From Podospora anserina (Eukaryota), in NCBI GenBank assembly GCA_017654855.1, contig CM030334.1:1612001-1676000 (forward strand): a DNA stretch of 64,000 nucleotides. Direction: 5' to 3'. Shown piece by piece: positions 47,943 to 58,336 of the stretch (its first letter is position 1; the number at the start of each line of letters is the position of its first letter). Made by a program: the position numbers and the translations under genes. The notes under the pieces were generated by a model. The model saw only the letters and a list, made by a program, of their open reading frames with translations, was not told the origin of the DNA and did no database searches.

Positions 47943-48621
47943 ATGACACCCGAAAGATTCTACATCCCCCGAGCCTTCAACTGGATCCTCCCAGCCCAAG
48001 TCTTGCTAGCCGCAGTAGCCATCTACTCCTCCACCTACGTCTTCAACCTAGCCACAACCCCAACAATCCTCACCATCATCGCCGTAAGTAGTTCCCTCCT
48101 CATATCCCTAATATATCACTCACTAACCCCCCCAGACCAGCATCCACCTCCTCCTAGCCCTCTCCCTCTGCCTCACCCATTCCATCCCAACCCGAAACAC
48201 CCACCAAATATTCACCACCCCCATCCTCCTCCTCCTCCTCCTCCTCCTCCTCGGCACCGGCCTCTGGGCCGCCAGCCTCTGCTACCACGCCAAACAAGTC
48301 GACCTCCTCCTCACCTACCCACTCCTCTCCCAAACCACCACCCAACCCCTCACCCCAACCTGGTCCAAAATCGGCCTCGCAACCACCGCCCTAAACCTCT
48401 TTCTCGATCTCGCCCTCCTCCTCCTACTCACCCTCTCCATCATCCTCGACCAAAACCCATCACCACCACCACCACCCTTACCAACAACCATCAGTTACCC
48501 CCAACAACAGTCCCACTACACCACCCACCACCAGTTCACCACACCAACCTCCCCTATCCCTCCCGTCCCCCCTATCCCAAGCACCTACTACTCCACCGCC
48601 ATCCCCGAATCACGCATTTAA
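47943..48621 (+). CDS. Small four-transmembrane (MARVEL-like) protein, 208 aa; intron 48084-48135
   Basis: Removing GTAAGT..CTAAC..CAG joins hydrophobic exon 1 to a frame with three more TM segments (TSIHLLLALSLCL, ILLLLLLLLLGTGLWAASL, IGLATTALNLFLDLALLLLLTLSII) ending in TAA at 48619-48621. Confidence 0.72.
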
Positions 48622-49518
48622 AGATAGCTACCATTCCTCTCAAGAAAATAAGTACTCCTCTCAAAATGATATACACGCCTTTCAACATAGCCAGCACCCT
48701 CTTATGCCTAAAGATAATCAGCACCCCTTCAAAACCCACCAACGCATCCAATACCTCTAAAACAAAACCATACAAATAACACAAATACGCATCATACACA
48801 TCATACACATACACACCACCATCAACCAAGTAAGGGCTGGTAAAACACAAACTACACGCTTCATCCACACCCCTACTAACTACATCGCTACATCATCTAC
48901 ATTCCTCGCACTAATTCCCCCCAACAACTTGACCCCCTGATCAACACAAACCAACCAGTATGATTTCATACCTCCCCCATGTTACAGAAAGAAAGAAAAA
49001 ACCGCTGGGTTGAAACAAGACTGCCGAGCAAAAGTGTCGTCTGCTGTTGTGTAATGCCCTCCTTTTCGAATCAGACATGCCTCATTCATGATTCGATTTG
49101 CCATTCACGTCCGCATCCTCTCCAGCACTGGATCCTGCACCTGTTTAAGAACTTGTTCCAGAACTTGCTCCGGAACTTGCTCCAGAACTTGCTCCCCCAT
49201 TTACTCCATCACTTCCTCCCCCATTTGCTCCAGCACCAGCTCCTGGAGCCAGCGTATCTTCACGCGTCCCGAACGTCACGAACGTCGACGAGCTGGCCCA
49301 AGACACCGGCCGCCGCAGTGGGGGCAAAGACGCCGGCCGCCGTGCTACTGCCTCCACAGCATTTCTTAGAGATCGTACAATTCGCCAATCCTCCTCCGTC
49401 ATCTCGCCTCTGCTACGCCCAACAGAGCGAGGCGGGGCCCCAGGCGTCCGGGACCTCATTGAGCTGGGCAACACCTTCGGCTGCACTGGTGTTGTTCCCG
49501 CACCCGCTCCAGCATTTG

Positions 49519-49686
49519 CTCCAGAACCGGATCCCGCACCCCCTCCAGCACCAGATCCCGCACCCCCTCCAGAACTGGATCCCTAACCCCCTCCAGAACC
49601 AGATCCCTCACCCCCTCCAGTACCAGATCCCTCACCCCCTCCAGTACCAGATCCCTCACCTCCTCCAGCACTAGATCCCGCATCCA
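49519..49686. repeat. 24-bp tandem repeat x7 (GGGEGSGT-type peptide on the minus strand)
   Basis: ctccag(a/c/t)accagatccc(t/g)cacccc units; one unit carries the GAG>TAG change. Confidence 0.9.
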
Positions 49687-51155
49687 CCTCGGAACCCGAA
49701 GCCACACCAGCTCCCGCACCAGCTCCCTCGCCTCTGGTACGCCTGATATAGCGAGGCGGGGCCCCAGGCGCCCGGGACCTCATTACCCTGGGCAAAACTT
49801 CTGGCTGCACTCCAGCATTTGCTACAGAACTGGATCCCGCACCCGCTCCAGCACCCCCGCCAGAACCCGAAGCCACATCAGCTCTCGCACCACCGCTTGG
49901 AACTAGCGTACCGTCACGCGTCCGGAACATCATGTTGCTAGACAATACTTCCATTGGTGTTATTTCCGCACCCGCTTTAGCACTTGCTCCAGAACTGGAT
50001 CCCTCACCCCCTCCAGCACTGGATCCCTCACCGGCTCCCGCACCAGCTAGCGTACCGTCACACCTCCGGAACCTCGTCGAACTGGGCCAAACCCACGGCC
50101 GCAGTGGATCAGAACAAGCTCTTCGAGCCAGCAAATCTCGCGGATCCTCCTCCGCCAGCTCGCCAGTCCTGATATTGATATAATGAAGCACGTTCTCGGG
50201 CATTTGAACCGCCACCCAACCGGGCAACTCGTCCGGCTGCAGCGGTGGTCTCGCAGCCGCTCCCGGAGCTAGCTAATCTCGCGGATCCTCCACCGTCACC
50301 TCGCCCGTGCCGGTGTTGATATATTTAGGCACATTTCCAGCCGTCCATATCTTCACCCAACCGGGGCAATGATCCGGTATCATCTGTAATGCCTCCACAA
50401 AATGTGCTGGAGCCCGCCAAGCAGCTCGCGGGTCCTCCGGCGTCTCCTCGCCGCCTGTGCTGGTGTTGACATCGCGAGGCGCGTTTCCAACCCTCTTCAA
50501 ACTCAGCAAATTGCGCAAATCCTCCGGCGGCACTGGTGGTGTTCCCCTACCCCCCTCTCTTTTCAGCGGATCCTCCCACGACCTCTCGCCTGTGATCTTG
50601 TTGATGTAGTAAGGAATGTGGTCACGCGTCCGCAACTTCACCCAACCGTGGCAATGTTCCGGCGTCAGTATTTCTCCCCCAGCACCTCTTGGAATGCGAT
50701 CACCTCGCGGGTCCAGCCGCGTCCTTCTGGGTGCGCTTCTGGAGAAGTCGGCATAGTAATGTCTGCCGGCAGAGTCGCAAAATACGTCCCAGTCAGGGGG
50801 GAAATCACGACGTCCCGGATGCCGCCATACGTTCTCGAGCTGTTCCTGTGTTCCTCGCGGATCATCATAGGTCTCCTTCCCGGTCTTGAGGTTGATAAAA
50901 ACTTTACCGCTGTCCTTCCGTCTACATACCCACTCAGGGGGGAGCGGGACTTCTCGTAATTCTTCGTCCTCCTCAAAAGAATCTTCCTCAGAAGGATTAT
51001 CGTTTTGAGCACGCTGAGCAGCTGTTGTAGATGACTCCCCTCGCTGGGGGCCTTCTCCTATATCGTAACGGATTCGTTTGCGTAGTGCCTTTGGGTCTCG
51101 TGCGCGTATTCCTCTGATTTCTGTATTTGGGTCTCGTAGGCGTATTCTTCTGACA

Positions 51156-51335
51156 TCTGCCTTTGGGACGACTTCTGCCTTTGCGACGACTTCTGCCTTT
51201 GAGACGACTTCTGCCTTTGGGGCAACTTCTGCCTCTGGGACGGTTTCTGCCTCTGGGATGACTTCTGCCTTTGGGGCGACTTCTGCCTCTGGGACGGTTT
51301 CTGCCTTTGGGTCGACTTCTGCCTCTGGGTCGACT
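51156..51335. repeat. 18-bp tandem repeat x10 (PKAEVV/PEAETV peptide on the minus strand)
   Basis: tctgcct(t/c)tgg...gact units read directly. Confidence 0.92.
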
Positions 51336-52140
51336 TCTTTGTCTTTTCCTTTCAGTGCTCGTTTACCCTCTGGCGTGAGCTTGTCCAGCTCCGTCTCCTC
51401 GACTCCTCCGCTTTCCGCCTTTGGGGTTGCTGGCTCGGGTGGTGCTGGTAGAGCGCAGCAGCACATATAACGCCCGAAAGACCTCTAGCCACATTCCAGC
51501 TCATCACGTCTCACAGCCTCCCAGAAACGGACGCAGGATATAAGAAATAGCAAAAAACCCAAGCCACCCAAGATGGAGGATACCACCGTTGTGACCACGA
51601 GCGTTGTGTTCGGGTCCCTTTTGTCAACGGGTGCCATGGTGGTGATGCTGAATGGTGTCTGCGTGTTGATGTCGGTAAATCTACTGGTAACGAACGAACA
51701 ATCGCGGGCTGACTGATGATACTGGCGATAGACTGATGACACTGGTGATGGGAGAGGGAGAGGGAGAGGGGAAGAGGGAAAAACCCAGATGTCGTTGAAC
51801 CATAAGACCTCTGGAAGGCAGGTTCCTTCCCCGAAACTTGGTCGCGGCAGGGGCCCGTCAACTGCCCCGAGAGTGAGCCCGAAAGGGAAGAAACCTAGGC
51901 TCTCGCAACGAAAAGTCCCCATAGAAGTGGAAGGATCATGGTGAAAAAGCCCCCGCGCAGGAAAGTGCCCTCGAACACCAGAAAGAAACATCAGTCACAA
52001 ACTCGGGCACCCTCCCCACAAAATAATTGGGACAGCAAAAGTAGGTTTGACCTATGCCATATTCGTGTCAATCATTTGTGATGAGAGAGTGCTCAGGGTA
52101 TCCATTCATCAATCTCGGCTCGTATCAAAAGTCTCCCCGT

Positions 52141-54617
52141 TCAGTAAGACGACATTGCCATCTCGCTGCCTTGGCGCTGCTGTTGTTGCTGCTGCTCCCA
52201 CGTTTTCCTGCACACCTCCTTCATGAGCCTCTTGGGGGCCATGCGCCCAGTCATCAGCTCAAAGGCCTCGATGGCCATTTCCGCGACCACCTCCAACCCG
52301 TCGACGACCACCCATGATGGCGACATGTGGTCTCTGACAGCATGCATCTGGGCTACCAATGGAGTTACCAGAGGCTCGTAGGCCAACTAGAGCAGAAAAG
52401 TCAGCAAAATACCTAGATATCACAAAAGCTGGCTCATCTGATGCTTACCTCGACCACGACGCCACCAGTCGGACTCCTAAGCCAGTCCAGAGGCATCTCA
52501 AAATCAGCAGGCGCGGACCCATTCGCGCTGGTAGCTGGAACACAGGAGATCACCATCGTGGGAGGTTGGTAGGCCCGAGGCCATGGCTCTGACAGCGATG
52601 GAAGGACTCGGCAGATCTCATGTGACCCTCCTTTTGTGCCCACAATTCCCTGTGTTGCCGCCCAGTCGTTGAAGTGCTGTGCAACTTGGTTGGCATTTGG
52701 TGCTGTTCGGTTGTAGATAAAGATATTACGGCATCCCAGCTGAATCAGCGCATAGATGGCAGCTCTGGCCATGCCACCGGCGCCAACAACTAACCCGGTA
52801 GTTTTAGATGGCTGGACATAATTCCGTGGACTGATAGCCCTCCGAAGGCATGTCAGAATGGAGCTCCAGTCGGTATTATCACCAAAGAACTCGCGTGCAG
52901 GCCCGGCCTTGTTTCGAGAGTTGGCATGGTCGAGAATGGCGCTCGTCTTTCCCCTGAGTGGAAGCAGTACGTTGACTGCTCCTATCGCGGTGGCATGGTG
53001 GCTCTTGACTTTGAGATGGGGCATGATGGCAACCTTGAAAGGGGCTGTCAAGCTGGCCCCCCCAAAAGAGTCTGATAGGCAGATCTGGTTCAGCCTGTCG
53101 ATCGTAGAGCACGTTACATCCTGGAAAGTGTGTGGCATCCCGCAGAAGTCGTAGGCCGCACTATGCATGGCCGGTGATAGCGAATATGATACGTGGGAGC
53201 CGAGCACGTAAAACTGCAGCGGATCCAGAAGAAACTGCCGGAAAAGCAACTCATACGAGTGATAGTAGGTAGAGACCGTGGCAAGGTGGTCTCGCTCATT
53301 CTCCATATCTGGATGCTTCACGGGATTCAAAATCCTGCTTTGCAGTGGTGTCCGAACGCCGAGGACGGAAAAGTCGTAGGCCACAAGTGGTGGCTTTGGG
53401 TCTGGTACTTCTTGCTGTAGCCTCCTCTTGAAGCCTTCCAGAAGCTCAGCCGGGCTGTCATTTGTGCAGAAGCGGACCATCCGCACCACCTCGCACCCTA
53501 GCCCCTGAGCCCTCTTGTAGTTTTCCATCTGTCTGTCGTCCTGCCAAGCAAGGGCCCCAAAGCCCATGTACCAGAAGTTCCCAATGATCTTTGACCTTCC
53601 TCTGTGCCGTAGTACCCGGTTCACAAACTCGTCATGGCGCTGGAGATCTAGGCTGATATAGTCAACGCCGAGACGGAGGCCCAGCTCCAACAAGTCAGCA
53701 TCCATGGCGTCTTTTTCTTCCGGCGTTCGTCTTCTTTCCCCTCGTGGGTTTTCTTCCACATGGTAGATGATTGGAATGCCGAGTTTTCTCCTTATCAAGG
53801 CGATTTGTCTCGCAATAACGTTCATCAGATCGTCTGGCCAGTGATCGATGATGAACTCGACGCAATCTCCTCTCGCCTCAAAATCCTCCCATTCCAGATC
53901 CATGTCCATCAAATAGGATAGTCTGAGTCGCAACGCGTAGGAATATGACCGGAATTCCGGTGGCACTGAGCTCACAGAAAATGGGCTCTCCAACCAGGCC
54001 TTGGTGGCGCCCCTCCCTGTGACGATGTCGAGAAATCTGGTAAAATCTTCCCTGGCACTTAAAAGCTTCGATGGCCCAGACTGTCGGCCATTCAGTGGTG
54101 TGCTGGCCCCCGAGCTCGTGCCCGAAATGTGACCCCCAGATTTGTTTGGGGGATCGTAGAGGTTGTAGTACTCAAAATTGGAGCAGCTTCTATGCCGCTC
54201 GTCGGCTTTCAGGAGCTGTTGAAGGTCGGCAGCGTCCAAATGCCGGGCAATTTGCTCCTTTTCGCGGTGAATGTAGACGACTGGGTTGGTGCTGGAGTAC
54301 TGTCTTAGTGCGTCCTGTGCCTCTCCCGTAAGGCTGCTCATGCCACATTCGATGATACACCCGGTCCTGTTGCTGTCCAACATTCGTTTGAACACCTCGA
54401 TATCCTGCCTGGCAAAGGCCTCCCTGCCATGTCGGGCGAGATACTCCCCACGTGATAATCCCGTGGTTTTCTCAAAGTAGTGCTCCTCTGTGACTAGTCG
54501 TCGGCGTAGGTGAAGAGCTCCCATGAATCCCAAGGTCCGCTTCCCTGCCCCGCGGCATCCGACGAGGACAATGGATGAGTTTGCCTCGAAGGCCCGTTCA
54601 TTCTTTGGTGGAGCCAT
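52141..54617 (-). CDS. QutR/QA-1S/GaaX-family repressor (shikimate kinase-like + DHQase-like + shikimate dehydrogenase-like domains); intron 52387-52448
   Basis: GCRGAGKRTLG; SLSPAMH, TAPFK, IGAVN, GDNTD, GAGGMARA, YNRT; last exon LAYEP..DGLEV..FELMTG; lacks the AROM DHQ synthase and EPSP synthase domains. Confidence 0.9.
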
Positions 54618-55730
54618 GGTGTTGTCCGTGGCGTCGACACGGCTGTTGAAATGGTCCTCAGCTCGGTGGTCTCTTGTGGTATCGATATGGCACCGTGAGC
54701 TGGACCATTGGTGCGTGATCAGGGACGGGATGAAAAGTCGAGAAGGGGCTTATGATGCTAGTATCTTGATTTGTGAGACTGAATAATAATGAGTGAGGGC
54801 ATCTACCTATCAGATAATCAGACACAATTCAGGCCGCAGATGAAGGCCCGACTCCCAGTCGCCATCTTGGACCGTCGAAATGTCGGCAAATCGGTCGGGA
54901 CTGGCAGGCGGGAAAATGTAGACCCTGCATTGGCCCGGGCAGTGAAGCCACCCCCGCAACGATGCTGCGACAGCGGGACTCGGGTGCCGGGTCGTCGGTG
55001 TTTAGTGGGTCACTGCCCCAGCAATGCCCCAGGAAACGCGCCAGTGTTTGCGGGGAACATGGCAGTGGCTACGGGAGATGCAAAGCACAAATTCAGTTTG
55101 AAATAATGAAGCACATGATGTCCAATGGGAGATCATGGAACAGATGCAACGTATGAATGCTACGAATGGCAGCTGTCATGATACCTCTCGGCCGAGATGG
55201 CAAGAAACCTCCACTGGGAACCATGAAGAAGGAGGGTGCAGCAGGCTTAGGTTGAAGGCCATCCATCACCTGCCCTGGCATATCGGGCCCTGCCGGAGGT
55301 TAAACTCCACTCGAGGTTCACGTCATGTTGAATAATGAACTTGTAACAGATGTCCTGAAATGTGTATAATGAATCAATGCCAAAATATCTAGATTACCTT
55401 GGGTAGACATGGAGACCAAGACGTGCCGTGTGATCCCCCCGACACGCCCCGCCTCCGTAGACGTTGAATTTTTAGGGGCGCTTCCGGGGCACTGGTTCGG
55501 GCCGGGTGCTAAGAGCGCCGGAAGCGTGGGCCCGAGCCCCCACGATTTCCCTGCAAATCAAAGTCCCCGCGTTCGGCACCGCGCTTTTCTCCTGCCAACT
55601 CTAACACACCTGTTTTCCACCGAAATACGGCATTGGCTGGCTCTGCTCTGCTGCTCCCTCCCTTCCTTGTGGATAAAGTATTTCTTCCGACCAAGTCTAT
55701 GGGCCCCGCCCGTTCCGAAGCCCCAGGAAA

Positions 55731-56319
55731 ATGGAGTTCTCCGTCGAGGAGCGCGCTCCCTTAGCCACCAACACCAACCCCGTCTTCGGTGGTGCTACCG
55801 CTTCCGGCCCTCCGCCTCCCCCAGCCAGTGACACCGGCGCCGATGCCGGGAGTGAGGCTCCGGCCAATCCCCGCAAGAGGAAGAAGGCCTCCCGTGCGTA
55901 AGTGTCTCACTCTCTCTCCACCACTGACGTGTCACTCATACCCATCTCATAGTTGTGACTTCTGCCATGTCAACCATCAGCCATGTGACAATGGCAAGCC
56001 AAAATGCAGTGTCTGTACCAAACATAACAAGCCATGTTTATATCTCCGTCCAACCAAGAGACGTGGTCCCCAAAAAGGCTACCGTACTGCTCTCAACACC
56101 TACAAGGAGAGTGCCGCCGCATGGGGAGCTGTACTGGACGCCATCCCTGGACTTGACGCCCTGATAGAAGGCCATCTACGAGGAGCCGCCGGGAAGAGCA
56201 TGATAACCGCTATCAAAGATTCCAATCAGCAGGAAGCCTTGATCAGCAAGTGGCAGCAGAGCTCAGTCTTCAAAGCCTTCTTTGGTCACAACGGCCCAGC
56301 ACCCACTCCACCCACAGAG

Positions 56320-56350
<31 letters not shown>

Positions 56351-56874
56351 ACAATAACCAGACCACATTAGATTCCAAAAACAACATTCTACCATCACAA
56401 GAAGTCGACGAAGAAGACGCACCAGAAGAACCACCCGCCCGGCCACCACCAGCAAAGAGAGCCACACTCCAACCACCCGCCCCAAGAAGCCAATCAGCAT
56501 CAAGCTACGTGGTACCAGAACAACCAAGAACTCCAATACAATTCCCCCAACTGGGCTCTCCCTTCCAACCAAAAGATTCCGCCAGCTTATCAGACATTGT
56601 AGCAAAAGATGCTGCCCAGGCGTATGTCCTTGTTTCTTCCTTTTTTTCAATTCGCAACTTCTAACAGTCTAAACACAGAGCCATGAGGACCTCACAAACC
56701 CTCGCCTCTCTAGGCTTCGCCCCAGACGAAACAATAGCAGATTTCTACAGCATGGGCTCCAACCCAGAACCAATAGCCGACTCCAACGACCCAGACTTTG
56801 ACCCGTCGCTCGGCAGCGAGTCGGAGCAGAGGGCTTATTACGAGTTGCTGATGGGGAGGATGTTTCCTGGGTGA
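55731..56874 (+). CDS. Zn(II)2Cys6 transcription factor, short (~343 aa), QutA/QA-1F-like N-terminus; introns 55898-55952 and 56622-56678
   Basis: Spliced RKRKKASRA-CDFCHVNHQPCDNGKPKCSVCTKHNKPC-LY..KRRGP; poly-Asn linker; short acidic C-terminus. Confidence 0.88.
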
Positions 56875-57326
56875 TGTCTTCTTTTGCTCGAAAGGCTATG
56901 AAGTCACGTGTATTATATTTATCATATTACCAAGCATTATGTGTTGTCATATATGAAGGATGAGGTGAGTCAACCGTCTCAGATCAAACAATGCCAACTG
57001 GAAACTAACCTCAGCCCAAGAAAGTGGATGACGATCTCAACTGGGTGAAATTTGGAGGGTTGTGGGAGACGTAAAGTTTTGTACAAGATGAGAAATTAGA
57101 TACCCGCCTTTTTGTGCAACCAAATCTGCATATCAAGTTTGACGGTGTACCTATTATAGCAATGACTCAGGACTGAGATATTCTTGCAAGCCCATCTCAC
57201 TAAAATCCCAGGAAATATGATGATGCTTTCTTTATCCGCAATCTGATGGAAACTCGATGCACCCAAGATTAAAATGATCAAGTCTCATCACATTAGGTTC
57301 TGGATATACTTGTATTTTGCATGCTA

Positions 57327-57331
<5 letters not shown>

Positions 57332-57383
<52 letters not shown>
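57332..57383. repeat. Compound (CT)n(CA)n microsatellite
   Basis: Read directly. Confidence 0.95.
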
Positions 57384-58336
57384 ACTGTCTCTCATACTAT
57401 ATTCCCTAATATACTTTCTCAGCCAAGTTATATCCCATATATTCTTACTCTTTCTAATTTTCACTCTTCCTTGTTTTCTTTTTCATTCTTTCCGCTCTTG
57501 CGTACCTATTCTCCCACCCCTCCATCCCTCTCGTTCACACACTCACATACATTGCAACACATAACAAAGACCCAATACGTACCACCTATCACATCTCCAC
57601 CTCTCCTACGTAGCGCCCATTTATAAAAGTCATCCACCTACACATCCTTATCATAAATTTCACACCGAAACAAAAATACACAGGATCATCAACAAACTCA
57701 TCCGCTGTGAGTGTAGAAGAGAGTTGTCTCAGCTGTCTAATAAGTCTACAAAACATGTTGTCAACGAGATGTGTTCAACAGCAACTCCAAGGTACCACCA
57801 CATCACACGGAAAATATTAAAGGAGAGCGTTCTCTCCTCGATAGACACTACAAATGAGCAACACTGTGAGTGTGTATTGGTAAAACTTCTACCCCTAAAA
57901 GAAACTATCTAAGGATATACTATGGGAGAAAACTCTTTGAGAGGAAGAAAAAAAAACAATGTGAGAGAAATACCAGTAGTCTACCCATGAAAGCCAGCAA
58001 CCGTATGACCAAGAGATCACAATAAAAAAAAACATCTGTCAACACACTTCATTGCCATGCCACCACACCAGTCTCCGCTGCTATGAGCCGCTTTAACTAC
58101 CAGCTACCAAACAACAATGCAAAATACAAAAAATTACAGACACACAACCATACTCTTACACAAAATCTCACACCCATTTTTTAGAGTACACACCCTTTTC
58201 CGTTTTCCTTTTATATAACCCCCCCTTCCCACCCTTTTCCCTATCCACCACCGCTTGTACCACCCACCCTCTTTGTCCGACTCCACCGCCGAATTTCCCT
58301 CTCCCTTGCCCATTCCTCCCATTTGGCCTTCCTCCA

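Larger units (their letters stand above)
49145..51637 (-). pseudogene. Single-pass TM protein with tandem WW-like domains and Gly/Ser repeats; one frame interrupted by three in-frame TAG codons (51485-51487, 50273-50275, 49583-49585). Either a pseudogene or an editing-dependent gene.
   Basis: Four track ORFs share one frame and abut across each TAG; WW-like units such as GWVKLRTRDHIPYYINKITGERSWEDP; no frameshifts. Confidence 0.75.

Noticed and set aside
49519-49686. Regular repeats as a CRISPR-like array
   Set aside because: Head-to-tail coding minisatellite without unique spacers, in a eukaryotic context.
51485-51511. GTGAGA..TAG as an intron removing the first premature stop of the WW gene
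   Set aside because: Only 27 nt with no branch site, too short for a typical fungal intron; it would not explain the other two stops.
55671-55686. GGATAA half-site resembling the QA-1F palindrome in the repressor/activator spacer
   Set aside because: The right half (TTAYCC) is missing; a 6-bp match is not significant.
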